From assembly GCF_000284115.1 (NCBI RefSeq), contig NC_017080.1:2430001-2462000 (forward strand): a stretch of 32,000 bases of DNA. Reading direction: 5' to 3'. The DNA is from Phycisphaera mikurensis NBRC 102666. GTDB lineage: Bacteria; Planctomycetota; Phycisphaerae; Phycisphaerales; Phycisphaeraceae. Positions 8,693 to 21,931 of this stretch are shown piece after piece. How positions within the stretch are numbered: the first letter of the stretch is position 1; the number at the start of each line of letters is the position of its first letter. A program made the translations under genes and the position numbers. Under the pieces are notes generated by a model. It searched no databases, had not been told where the DNA came from, and saw only the letters and a program-made list of their open reading frames with translations.

Positions 8693-9640
8693 ATGAACGC
8701 CACCCGACCCCAACCCGTCGCCGCCGACCGCCCGACCGCTTCCCGAACGGGTGGTGCGGCCGGCCGGCTCTCGGTCGAGGAGGCCTCCGCTCGGCTGGCG
8801 GCCCTCCGCGAGAAGATCCGCGACACCGAGGAGGACCTGGACCGGGGCGCCGGGGACGCGGCGGGGGGAAGCTCCGCTCGCGGCGGTCATCTGGAGGAGT
8901 GGGCCTCGGCCGACTTCCGCGGCGACCAGCCCCCCGCCGGCGTGCTGTGGTCGCGGGTCACCGCCGCCCGGGCCGCCGGCTCGCGGGAGCGGAAGCTCAT
9001 CGTGTGGGTCGGCGATTGGTGCTGGCTCAACCCCCGCGCCGTCGACGGCACCCCCGACGACTGGCTGTGGCTGAAGACCGCCCGCCAGGCCGACCGCGTG
9101 TGGGCGGTGGAGCTGTGCTGCCGCAACCCCGCGGTGTCGGTGGTGGTGGCCGACGGCCGCGGGCTGCCGATGGCGGCGACCCGCCGGCTGCAGCTCGCCG
9201 CCCGCGCCGGCGGCGTCCGCGTGCTGCTCGCCCGCACGCCCGAGGAGCTGGCGATGCCGTCGGCGGCGCCGGTCCGCGGGATCGTCGGCGGCCGGGTGGA
9301 CGAGGAAGAAGACGCGGGCTGGCCGCGCCGGCTGCACGCGGGCCCCGACACCGACCCGACGGCGGCCTGTGCCGTGGCCGAGGGCCGCGCCGGCGACCCG
9401 CACGCCAGCCCGCGGCGGGTGCCGAGCCCGCCCCGATGGAACGCCCGACTTCTGCGCCGCAAAGGACTGCGGCCCACCGACGACGCGGCCGAAACGCCCG
9501 ACCTCATGCTCTCGGGCGCGGGCGGCGGCGACGGCTGGGTCGTGGAGAAGCGGCATGCAACGATGGTTGTCCGTTCACCTGATCGGCTGGCCGATCGACC
9601 GCTACCGGCGGAAGCGGCGGGCCACCGCCGCGCCGGCTGA
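8693..9640 (+). CDS. imuA: ImuA-like protein (RecA-like accessory protein of ImuA-ImuB-DnaE2 translesion synthesis)
   Basis: Motifs like RKLIVWVGDWCWLNP, ADRVWAVELCCRNPAVSVVVADGRGLPMAATRRLQLAARAGG, plus position directly before imuB and dnaE2. Confidence 0.85.
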   Translation: MNATRPQPVAADRPTASRTGGAAGRLSVEEASARLAALREKIRDTEEDLDRGAGDAAGGSSARGGHLEEWASADFRGDQPPAGVLWSRVTAARAAGSRERKLIVWVGDWCWLNPRAVDGTPDDWLWLKTARQADRVWAVELCCRNPAVSVVVADGRGLPMAATRRLQLAARAGGVRVLLARTPEELAMPSAAPVRGIVGGRVDEEEDAGWPRRLHAGPDTDPTAACAVAEGRAGDPHASPRRVPSPPRWNARLLRRKGLRPTDDAAETPDLMLSGAGGGDGWVVEKRHATMVVRSPDRLADRPLPAEAAGHRRAG

Positions 9641-11204
9641 GGCTTCCCCCCCCCGGCCGCCGCTGCTGCTGATCGCCGTCCGCCACGGCCGGCAGGAGGT
9701 CGTCCGCGCCTGCCCGCTGGCCCGCCGCCGCGGCGTCGTTGCGGGCATGACCTCCGCCCAGGCGGTCGCGCTCCTGCCCCCGGGAGTGGAGCCCGAGTTG
9801 ATCGACCACGCCCCCGAAGCCGACGCCGCCGCCCTCGCGGCGATCGCCCGATGGTGCCAGCGGCTCGGGCCCGTGGTCGCCACCGACCCGCCCGACGGCC
9901 TGCTGCTGGACCTCACCGGCTGCGAGCGCCTGCACGGCGGGCTGCACCGCATGGCCCGGGTGACCGTCGGCCGCCTCACCCGGCTGGGCCTGGAGCTGCA
10001 CGCCGCGCTCGCGCCCACCCTCGGCGGTGCTTGGGCGCTGGCCCGCTTCGACCCCGCCCCGCTGCCGCTGGTGGGCGGGGCCGACGAGGACGCCGCGCTC
10101 GCCGCGCTCGCCCGCCGGCTCGACCCGCTGCCCGTCGCCGCCCTGCGGCTGGAGCCCGCGGAGGTCGCCGCGCTCGAGGAGGTCGGCATCGACCGCGTCG
10201 AGCAGCTGCGTGTGCTGCCGCGCGAGGCCGTCGCCGACCGCTTCGGCTCCGGCGTTCTCCGCCGCATCGACCAGGCCGATGGCCACGTCCGCGAGGGCGT
10301 TCTCGCGGTGAAGCCCTGGACGGCCCCGCGCGTGGAGCAGGCCTTCGGCGGCCCATGCCTCTCGACCGAAGCCGTGTCGGAAGCCTTCGAGAAGCTGACG
10401 CGGGAGCTCTGCGAGCTGCTCGGGGCCCGCGGCCGCGCCGCCTCCTCGATCACCCTGGGCGTGGACCGCCTCGACGCGGACTTGAAGCCGCAGCACGCGT
10501 CCAAGCCGCTGACGCTCTCACGCCCCAGCCGCAACCCGCGGCACCTCGGGTCGCTGCTTTCCCCGCACGTCGAGCGGCTCGACCTTGCGCGCGGGGTGGA
10601 GTGCGTCTCGCTCACCGCGGCCGTCGCCCCCCGTCGCGGCCACCTGCAGCTCGCGGCGTCGGGCGTTTCGTCGGCCGCGGCCGCCGCCGACCGCGCGGCG
10701 GACCTCGCCGGGCACACGGCGCAGCTCGTCGACCTGCTCTGCGCCCGGCTCGGCCGCGAGGCCGTGCTCCAACCCCGCCTCGTCGACAGCCACGTGCCGG
10801 AGGCCTCCTTCGCCGCCACGCCGGCCGCCGGCTCCGCCCCGAGAAGGCCGGCCGGGGATCCACGCGGCGGCCGCCGCGACGCCGCCCACGGCACCCCGCG
10901 CCCGCACGTCGACCGCCCCACCCGCCTGCTGGATCCGCCCGAGCCCGCCGACGCCGTCTACCTGAACCCCGACGGCCCGATCCTCACGCTCACGTGGCGC
11001 GGCACGCGGCTCGAGCTCGACCAGAGCGTCGGCCCCGAGCCCATCGCCCGCCGCTGGTGGCGCGACGTGCTGCGCAAGGGCGACCTGGAAGGCTTCGGGC
11101 CCGAACGCGCGTACCACCGCGTCCGCGACTCCGAAGGCCGGTGGCTGTGGGTCTTCCGCCGCAGCGACAACGGATCGTGGTTCGTGCACGGAGTCTGGGC
11201 GTGA
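9555..11204 (+). CDS. imuB: ImuB-like Y-family DNA polymerase-related protein
   Basis: MQRWLSVHLIGWPIDRYRRKR, DGLLLDLTGCERLHGG, and the characteristic ImuB C-terminus GPEPIARRWWRD...GRWLWVFRRSDNGSWFVHGVWA. Confidence 0.88.
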   Translation: MQRWLSVHLIGWPIDRYRRKRRATAAPAEASPPRPPLLLIAVRHGRQEVVRACPLARRRGVVAGMTSAQAVALLPPGVEPELIDHAPEADAAALAAIARWCQRLGPVVATDPPDGLLLDLTGCERLHGGLHRMARVTVGRLTRLGLELHAALAPTLGGAWALARFDPAPLPLVGGADEDAALAALARRLDPLPVAALRLEPAEVAALEEVGIDRVEQLRVLPREAVADRFGSGVLRRIDQADGHVREGVLAVKPWTAPRVEQAFGGPCLSTEAVSEAFEKLTRELCELLGARGRAASSITLGVDRLDADLKPQHASKPLTLSRPSRNPRHLGSLLSPHVERLDLARGVECVSLTAAVAPRRGHLQLAASGVSSAAAAADRAADLAGHTAQLVDLLCARLGREAVLQPRLVDSHVPEASFAATPAAGSAPRRPAGDPRGGRRDAAHGTPRPHVDRPTRLLDPPEPADAVYLNPDGPILTLTWRGTRLELDQSVGPEPIARRWWRDVLRKGDLEGFGPERAYHRVRDSEGRWLWVFRRSDNGSWFVHGVWA

Positions 11205-11582
11205 CGGCCTGTCGCTCCGCTGCGCTGCCCGGGCTGCGTCCTCGAGCGCCGCGCCTCCGCGCCGGGGCGGGTGTTCCTTCCTCGGCGTTTTTCACCGGCA
11301 GAGCGATGTCCAACCCCGAGCACCCGCAAGCCGCGTCGTCTCCTGATCGCTCCCCCCCGCCATCCGCGGCCGGGTCGCTTGAACCGGCTCGCGGACCGAG
11401 CTCCTGCGGCGTGCGCAAGCGCCACGGCCCGCGGCACCTTCCTCCGGCGCGGCTGGGCGATGAAGCCGCGACGAAGCCGAGTGCCACCTCGCGCAGCGGC
11501 GGCTTGGCCGCCGCGCAGACCCGCACCTCCCGGGAGTCGGCTCGCGGAGCGTGCGAAGCCCGCACCGCGAAAGCGCAGCGCC

Positions 11583-15566
<3,984 letters not shown>

Positions 15567-15653
15567 AGGCCGACCCTGCCGGTCGCGGCCCGCGCGCAGA
15601 CGGCGCGGAGCCCGAGCGGGCGCAGCGACGCAGGCCACCCGCAGCGCGGGCAG

Positions 15654-16670
15654 CTAGAACCTCCGCAGGAAGCGGCGGTCGTTCTCGTAGAGCCAGCGGA
15701 TGTCGGCGATGTCGTGCTTCCGCATGACCAGCCGCTCGATGCCCAGCCCGAAGGCGAAGCCGGTCCATTCCTCGGGATCCACGTCGACGTGGCCGAGAAC
15801 GGCGGGATCGACCATGCCGCAGCCGCCGATCTCCATCCACTCCGGGCCTTTCCCAAAGTCCATCTTCACGTAGAGCTCGGCGCTGGGCTCGGTGAAGGGG
15901 AAGTAGCTGGGCACCAGCTTCACCTCCGCGTCCGCACCGAAGACCGCTTTCGCGAACTGGATCAGCGTGGTCTTGAGGTCGACCATCGTCACGCCCCGGT
16001 CGACGCAGAGCCCCTCGATCTGGTGGAACATCGAGGTGTGCGTCGCGTCGTGCTCGTCGGGCCGGTAGACGCGGCCGGTGGAGACGATCCGCACCGGCGG
16101 CTTGGTGTGCTCGAGCACGCGGATCTGCACGGTGCTCGTCTGCGACCGCATGAGCGAGGTCGAGAAGCCGGGCGCGACGCCCTCCTCCGCAACGTAGAAG
16201 TTGTCCAGCGGGTCCCGCGCGGGGTGGCTCTCGGGGATGTTGAGCGCGACGAAGTTGTGCCGGTCGTCCTCGAGCTCCGGCCCCTCGGCGACGTCGAAGC
16301 CCATGCGACCGAAAACCTCGAGCAGCTCGTCGACCGTCTGCGAGATGACGTGCCGGCGGCCGGTCTCCGGGAGGATCGGCGGGAGGGTCAGGTCCAGCGG
16401 CGGGCCGCTGCGTTTGGTCTTCACCGATCCGCCGAGGGCCTCCCGTCTCGCCTCGAAGGCTTCCTGGAGCTTCTGCCGGGCGGCGTTGGCGGCCTGCCCG
16501 AAGGCCCGGCGGTCGGCCGCGGGCACGCCGCCGATGCCGCCGAGCAGCTTCTTCATCTCGCCCTTGGGGCCGAGCCACGCGGCGCGGAACCGCTCCAGGC
16601 CCGCCGCGTCCGCGACGCCGGCGAGGTCCGCCTCCGCCCGCTCCACCACCCGCTCAACCGTTTCGACCAT
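15654..16670 (-). CDS. pheS: Phenylalanine--tRNA ligase subunit alpha
   Basis: GRRHVISQTVDELLEVFGRMGF, HNFVALNIPESHPARDPLDNFY, EIGGCGMVDPAVL, GFAFGLGIERLVMRKHDIADIRWLYENDRRFLRRF. Confidence 0.97.
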   Translation of the reverse strand: MVETVERVVERAEADLAGVADAAGLERFRAAWLGPKGEMKKLLGGIGGVPAADRRAFGQAANAARQKLQEAFEARREALGGSVKTKRSGPPLDLTLPPILPETGRRHVISQTVDELLEVFGRMGFDVAEGPELEDDRHNFVALNIPESHPARDPLDNFYVAEEGVAPGFSTSLMRSQTSTVQIRVLEHTKPPVRIVSTGRVYRPDEHDATHTSMFHQIEGLCVDRGVTMVDLKTTLIQFAKAVFGADAEVKLVPSYFPFTEPSAELYVKMDFGKGPEWMEIGGCGMVDPAVLGHVDVDPEEWTGFAFGLGIERLVMRKHDIADIRWLYENDRRFLRRF

Positions 16671-16853
16671 GCCCGGAAGCTAACAGGCCGCGTTCAAGCC
16701 CCGATCCAGAGGAGCCCGGCATCCACGGCATGCGCCGCAGAGAACCCGGCGGCGGATGGAGCGTGAGACCATGGCGCGGAGTCCTGATGCGGGAGGCGGA
16801 GCGGGCGATCGAGCGGCCCCCGGCGAGCCCATCGCCCCCGGTCCGCGGGTTCG

Positions 16854-18323
16854 TCAGCTGCGCCCGCGGAAGGCCCGACGCTCGACCAGCTGGAAGCCGG
16901 CTTCCGCGGCGACCGCCATCGCGGCGGAAGGCACGGCGCCGAAGAGGATCAGCGGGGTCGAGTTCAGCTGCACGCCCTGCAGGATCGGCCCGCCGTAACC
17001 GCCGGCTCCGACGAAGGCGCCCAGCGTGGCGAAGCCGATGCAGTAGACGGTGGCGGTGCGGACGCCCGCGAGCACCAGCGGCGCCGCGAGCGGGAGGTCG
17101 ATCCGGAGCAGGCGGCAGCGTGGGGGAAGGCCCAGCGCCTCGGCCGACTCGCGGACCGGACGCTCGATCCCGGCGAGGCCGGCGTGCGTGTTCCGCACGA
17201 TCGGCAGCATCGCGTAAGCAAACAGCGCCGCGATCGCCGGCGCCGCGCCGATCCCCAGCAGCGGGACCATCAACGCCAGCAGCGCGAGCGCGGGCACCGT
17301 CTGGAGGACCGAGACCGCCGGCAGCACCAGCCGGCCCAGGCGCGGGAGCCGCTGCGAAGCCACGCCCAGCGGCACCGCCACGAGCACGCCCAGCGCCATC
17401 GCCGAGGCGACGAGCAAGAGGTGCTCGAGCGTGCGGTCGAGCAGGCGGCGCAGCCACCCGGCGGCGGCCGGGGCTTGGGCATCGGCCAGCCCGAGCCCTT
17501 CGCGGAGGAAGGCCGCGGCCGCCTCGCTCTCGCTCGCGGAGCCGGACATCACCGCGGCGTTCATCGCTCGGACGCGGTCGGCGTCGAGCGTGTCGGCCAG
17601 GCTCCCCAGCGCGGCGACGGCGCGGGGCACCCGCTCCGCCAGATCGGCCCGGTGGACGATCACCGCGGCGTACTCGGGGAAGAAGCCGCGGTCGTCCCGG
17701 AGCACCACGAGGCCGCGCGTTCTCACCTCCGCGTCGGTCGTGTAGAGGTCGACGACGTCGAGGGACCCGCCGTCGAGGCCGGCGTAGGCGATGGCGTGCG
17801 CCATCCCGCGGACGCTCTCCTGCGGCAGGCCGTAGTGGGCACGCAGCGCCGGCCAGCCGTCGCCGCGCTGGAGAAACTCCTGCGTGAAGCCGAAGCGCAG
17901 GCCGGGGTGATCCAGCAGGTCGCTGATCGTGCGGATGCCCAGCGCCGCGGCCTGCGCCCGCTTCATCCCCAGCGCGAAGGAGTTCTCGAACCCGAGCTCC
18001 GGCCCGAGCACCAGGCCGTCCGCGGCCAGCCGCGCCGACAGGGCCCGCCGCGTCGCGACTTCCTCGCCGGCGTAGAGGTTCTGGCGGAGCGTGCCGGTGT
18101 ACTCCGCGTAGGCGTCGATGTCGCCGCGGACGAGCGCCTGGAAGGTCGCCGCGTCGCCGAGCGCCCGCTCGTGCCGCACGCCGACGCCGGCGGCCCGGAG
18201 CCGCTGGGTCAGCACCTCGCCGAGGATGATCCCCTCGGTGAAGGCTTTGCTCCCGACGACCAGCTCGGCGGAGGCCGCAGCCGCGAGAGAGAGGCAGAGA
18301 ACGGGCGCGAGCCAGCGGGTCAT
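16854..18323 (-). CDS. Glycine betaine/osmoprotectant ABC transporter, substrate-binding domain fused to permease domain
   Basis: N-terminal signal peptide and OpuAC-type SBP (VVGSKAFTEGIILGEVLTQRL, YAEYTGTL, RDDRGFFPEYAAVIV), then multi-TM permease with EALGLPPRCRLLRIDLPLAAPLVLAGVRTATV. Confidence 0.87.
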   Translation of the reverse strand: MTRWLAPVLCLSLAAAASAELVVGSKAFTEGIILGEVLTQRLRAAGVGVRHERALGDAATFQALVRGDIDAYAEYTGTLRQNLYAGEEVATRRALSARLAADGLVLGPELGFENSFALGMKRAQAAALGIRTISDLLDHPGLRFGFTQEFLQRGDGWPALRAHYGLPQESVRGMAHAIAYAGLDGGSLDVVDLYTTDAEVRTRGLVVLRDDRGFFPEYAAVIVHRADLAERVPRAVAALGSLADTLDADRVRAMNAAVMSGSASESEAAAAFLREGLGLADAQAPAAAGWLRRLLDRTLEHLLLVASAMALGVLVAVPLGVASQRLPRLGRLVLPAVSVLQTVPALALLALMVPLLGIGAAPAIAALFAYAMLPIVRNTHAGLAGIERPVRESAEALGLPPRCRLLRIDLPLAAPLVLAGVRTATVYCIGFATLGAFVGAGGYGGPILQGVQLNSTPLILFGAVPSAAMAVAAEAGFQLVERRAFRGRS

Positions 18324-18358
18324 CGCAGGGGTGTAGCAGCCGGGTGCTATGAAAGCGG

Positions 18359-19081
18359 ATGCTCGCCCTCGACGACGTGCGCCTGGACCTCGGCGAGAAG
18401 CCCGTGCTCCGCGGGCTCAGCCTGGACTTCCCCGCGGGCCAAACGACCGCGCTCATCGGGCCCAGCGGGTGCGGGAAGTCGACGGTGCTCCGCCTGCTCG
18501 TGGGCCTGCTGCGGCCTGACGCCGGGGTCGTCCGCTTCGACGGCGAGCCCCTGACACCCGGTCGCATGGCCGCCGCGCGCCACCGCACCGGTTACGTCAT
18601 CCAGGAAGGCGGGCTGTTCCCGCACCTCTCCGCCGGCGCGAACGCGACGCTGCTGGCGCGGGAGCTGAAGCGGCCGGCGGCGGAGATCGCCGCCCGGCTC
18701 GACGAGCTGGCGCGGCTGGTCCGCCTCGGCACGGACCTGCTCGATCGCCCCCCCGGCCGGCTCTCCGGCGGTGAACGCCAGCGGGTCGCGTTGATGCGGG
18801 CGCTCTTTCTGGATCCCGACGTGCTGCTGCTCGACGAGCCGCTGGGGGCGCTGGACCCGATGGTGCGAGCCGGCCTGCAGGACGACCTCCGCGAGATCCT
18901 CGACGGCAGCGGCAAGACCGTCGTCCTCGTCACCCACGACCTCGCCGAGGCCGCCCACTTCAGCGAGCGGCTCGTGCTGATGCGGGCCGGGGAGGCGGTG
19001 CAGGCGGGCCGGCTGGAAGATCTCCGCGAGCGGCCGGCCGACGGCTTCGTCCGCGGGTTCCTCGCGGCACAGCGCCGGTGA
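18359..19081 (+). CDS. ABC transporter ATP-binding protein (osmoprotectant type)
   Basis: Walker A LIGPSGCGKST, signature LSGGERQRVALMRAL, Walker B DVLLLDEPLGALDP. Divergently paired with the SBP-permease gene. Confidence 0.87.
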   Translation: MLALDDVRLDLGEKPVLRGLSLDFPAGQTTALIGPSGCGKSTVLRLLVGLLRPDAGVVRFDGEPLTPGRMAAARHRTGYVIQEGGLFPHLSAGANATLLARELKRPAAEIAARLDELARLVRLGTDLLDRPPGRLSGGERQRVALMRALFLDPDVLLLDEPLGALDPMVRAGLQDDLREILDGSGKTVVLVTHDLAEAAHFSERLVLMRAGEAVQAGRLEDLRERPADGFVRGFLAAQRR

Positions 19082-19133
19082 CGCACGCCTGTGGCGTCAC
19101 CGTTCACGCGCCGCTATGGTTTCCCGGCACCCC

Positions 19134-19206
19134 GCGGGTGTAGCTCAGTTGGTAGAGCATTTGCTTCCCAAGCAAAATGTCGACGGTTCGAGCCCGTTCA
19201 CCCGCT
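19134..19206 (+). tRNA. tRNA-Gly (anticodon CCC)
   Basis: Cloverleaf by eye: acceptor GCGGGTG/CACCCGC, D stem GCTC/GAGC, anticodon arm TTTGC-TTCCCAA-GCAAA, T arm GACGG-TTCGAGC-CCGTT. 73 nt, no encoded CCA. Confidence 0.95.
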
Positions 19207-19293
19207 TGTCGAACATCCCACCGGCTCCGGCACCCCACGGACGGGGTCGCTCCCGGCCGGCTCCCGCCAAGCCAGGCGGCGGAGGAGGCAGCG

Positions 19294-19662
19294 TTGCCCG
19301 GAAGCGAGCACAAGGAGCGGGCGGACGCCCTGCGGGAACAGGAACGGCTCGTCGAGAGCCAGGCGCTGCGGATGCGAGCGGCCGCCGATCGGCTGCGCCG
19401 GCAGAGCGATCCGGCCCTCGCGGCACCGCTGGCCGAAGAGCTGCGGTTCCAGGAGGACCTCCACCGGGGGCTCGTCGAGGGGCTGCGGGCCCAACGCGAG
19501 CGGGCGGCGGCGGCGATGGAAGCGGAGCGGACGCGGGCGCTTCTCGGCCGCTTGGAAGCGGAGCGGGCGGAGCGGGTGGAGGGCGAGGAGCGGCTCGCGC
19601 TCATCGCGGAGGTCCGCGCCAAGCTCAGATCCGCTCGGGGCTCCGCCCGAGCGACGGGCTGA
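19294..19662 (+). CDS. Hypothetical coiled-coil protein (122 aa)
   Basis: TTG start preceded at 5-nt spacing by GGAGGAGG (19281-19288). Heptad-rich protein SEHKERADALREQERLVESQALRMRAAADRLRRQ... Confidence 0.45.
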   Translation: MPGSEHKERADALREQERLVESQALRMRAAADRLRRQSDPALAAPLAEELRFQEDLHRGLVEGLRAQRERAAAAMEAERTRALLGRLEAERAERVEGEERLALIAEVRAKLRSARGSARATG

Positions 19663-20794
19663 GGGCCGCCGGACCGCTCGGGGGGGCGCCAAGCTCGCGC
19701 AGCGCCGCGAGCACCCGCGGCAACACCTCGCTGACCGGCCCGTCCTGCCGGGCGCCGGCCGCCCGCGCGTGGCCGCCGCCGCCGAAGCGGGCGGCGAGGT
19801 CGGAGACGTTGATCGGCGGCCCGCCGCCGGGCCCGCTGGGTTTGCTCCGGAAGCTCATCCGGGTGACGTCGCCGCCCTTCGCGGAGACCTCGCTCAGCAG
19901 GACGACGACGTTGATGGCGTCGACCGACTGCGGGACGTCGATCACGCGCTCGGTTTCCTCCGATCGGGCGCCGGTCTCCTCGAAGTCCTGCTTCCGCAGC
20001 ACCATCACCGCCGCGTCGGCCTCGGGCACCCGCTGGAGGCTCATCAACGCGCGGGTGAGCAGGTCGAGCTTCTCCACGCGGTCCGCTTGCTCGAGCACGC
20101 CGTAGAGGGCGGCGTGGTCGCAGCCCATCCGGATCAGCGCCGCCGCGAGCTCGTGCGTCCGCGGGCGGACGTTGGAGAAGCGGAACCAGCCGGTGTCCGA
20201 AGCGATGCCGACGAAGAGCGCGTCGCGGGTGACGTGCGGAAGCGGCTTGTAGCCCGCGGAATCGCCCTCCCGCTTGCCCTCGGGGTGGTCGGGCCGGACG
20301 AGCCCCTGCACCACCTCGGCGACGAGCTCGCACGCCGCCGCCGCTTCGCCGTCGATCAGCCGGTGCGGGGCGTTCACGTCGCCGCCGAGGTGGTGGTCGA
20401 TGATGAGGGTCTGCGGGAGGTTCGCCTCGACCACCGGCCCGACCGGCCCGAGCTGCGACCAGGCCCCCGTGTCGAGCACGACGACCTGGTCGACGTCCGC
20501 CGGCGGCTGCCAGGCGGGCGTCCACACCTCCACCCGGTCGAAGCCGCGGAGCCTCCGGAGCGGGTCGGGCACCGGCGGGACGACGACGGCGTCGGCGGGG
20601 ATGCCCAGGTCGTGGAGGGTCCGCTGCAGGGCGAGCACGCTGCCGAGCGCGTCGCCGTCGGGCTTGGCGTGCGTGAAGAGCAGGCGCGTGCCCCCGCCGG
20701 ACCGGGTGAGGCGGGCGGCGGCCTCGGCGACCCCGGCGGTGCGGGTGTAGCCGCCGCTGGGCAGCGTGCTCTGGGGCGCGGGCGTGAACTTCAT
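19625..20794 (-). CDS. DHH family phosphoesterase (NrnA/RecJ-like oligoribonuclease)
   Basis: LLFTHAKPDGDALGSVLAL, VVLDTGA, LIIDHHLGGD, GIASDTGWFRFSN, ARFGGGGHARAAGAR. Confidence 0.92.
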   Translation of the reverse strand: MKFTPAPQSTLPSGGYTRTAGVAEAAARLTRSGGGTRLLFTHAKPDGDALGSVLALQRTLHDLGIPADAVVVPPVPDPLRRLRGFDRVEVWTPAWQPPADVDQVVVLDTGAWSQLGPVGPVVEANLPQTLIIDHHLGGDVNAPHRLIDGEAAAACELVAEVVQGLVRPDHPEGKREGDSAGYKPLPHVTRDALFVGIASDTGWFRFSNVRPRTHELAAALIRMGCDHAALYGVLEQADRVEKLDLLTRALMSLQRVPEADAAVMVLRKQDFEETGARSEETERVIDVPQSVDAINVVVLLSEVSAKGGDVTRMSFRSKPSGPGGGPPINVSDLAARFGGGGHARAAGARQDGPVSEVLPRVLAALRELGAPPSGPAALSPSLGRSPERI

Positions 20795-21738
20795 CGGGGC
20801 GTGGCCTCCAGCGGGCGTTCGGCGAGGATCTCCGCGGCGGCCTCGACGTCGGCCGCGAGCGCGACGCGGAGGGCATCGACGCCCTCGTATCGCCGCTGGG
20901 CCCGGAGGCATCGGACGAAGCCGACGCGGACTTGGGCCCCGTAGAGGTCGCCGGAAAACCCGATCAGGTGCGCCTCGACGGTGAGGACGGTCCCGTCGAA
21001 GGTCGGCTTCGTGCCGATCGAGACGGCGGCGGGCAGGTCTCGCCTCTGGGTGTCTCCGCTCACCGCGACGCGAGCCGCGTAGACCCCTTCCGCCGGCAGC
21101 ACGCAGCCGTCGAGATCGGCCGGGTCGAGGTTCAGCGTCGGGAACCCGATCGTGCGGCCGCGCTGCTCGCCGCGGACGACGCGGGCGACCCGCTCCAGCG
21201 GCCGGCCGAGGCAGCACGCGGCGTCGGCGACGCGGCCCTCCGCAACGAGCGCGCGGATCCGCGAGCTGGACACCGCGACGCTCTCGCCGGAGGCGAGCCG
21301 GGCGTGGGTGCGGTCCAGCCGGACGGCCTCGAAGCCGGCGTCGCGGCCGAGGGCGGCCAGCAGCGCGAGGTCGCCGCGCCGGCCGCGGCCGAAGCGGAAG
21401 TCCGGGCCCTCGACGATCGCGACCGGGTGGAAGCGCCCGACAAGCCCGGCGATGAAACCTTCCGCCTCCTCGGCGAGCAGCTCCGGCGTGGGCACGAGCA
21501 CCTCGACGCGGTCCGCTCCGGCGTGGCGGAGCCGGCGGACGCGGTCTTGGAGCGTGTCGATCCGCAACGGCTCGGCGTCGGGCCGCAGCACCCGGACCGG
21601 CGGCGGGTCGAAGGTGACGGCGACGACGTCGACGCCCGCGCCCGCCGCCTCCGCGTGGCGCCGGCAGGTCCGCAGGAGGGCCTGGTGCCCCAGGTGCACA
21701 CCGTCGAAATTCCCGAGGCTGAGCACCGTCCGACGCAC
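20791..21738 (-). CDS. ribF: Bifunctional riboflavin kinase/FAD synthetase
   Basis: SLGNFDGVHLGHQALL, VTFDPPPVRVL, VEGPDFRFGRGRRGD, SSSRIRALVAEGRVADAACCLGRP, RGRTIGFPTLNL. GTG start at 21738; 4-nt overlap with the DHH gene. Confidence 0.95.
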   Translation of the reverse strand: MRRTVLSLGNFDGVHLGHQALLRTCRRHAEAAGAGVDVVAVTFDPPPVRVLRPDAEPLRIDTLQDRVRRLRHAGADRVEVLVPTPELLAEEAEGFIAGLVGRFHPVAIVEGPDFRFGRGRRGDLALLAALGRDAGFEAVRLDRTHARLASGESVAVSSSRIRALVAEGRVADAACCLGRPLERVARVVRGEQRGRTIGFPTLNLDPADLDGCVLPAEGVYAARVAVSGDTQRRDLPAAVSIGTKPTFDGTVLTVEAHLIGFSGDLYGAQVRVGFVRCLRAQRRYEGVDALRVALAADVEAAAEILAERPLEATPR

Positions 21739-21931
21739 GGGCCAAGCGTACGCGGGGGCGTTGGGGACGGGGCCTCCCGGACCTCGGGCCGCCTCCCCTG
21801 CCGCAAGCCCCCCCGCGGCGTGCCCGCCCCGCCAGGGGAGCGCCCGGCCGGTCGGACGATCTCGCGGAGCGACCCGGCCGCGGGCGGCCACGGTTCGCTC
21901 CGCCGAAAGCGGCTGGATCCGATGCGTCGCG

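Noticed and set aside
11271-11582. N-terminal extension of the dnaE2 ORF from 11271
   Set aside because: Residues before about 11583 are Arg/Pro/Ala-rich with no polymerase or PHP similarity; a start nearer the PHP domain is more credible, although the exact start is uncertain.
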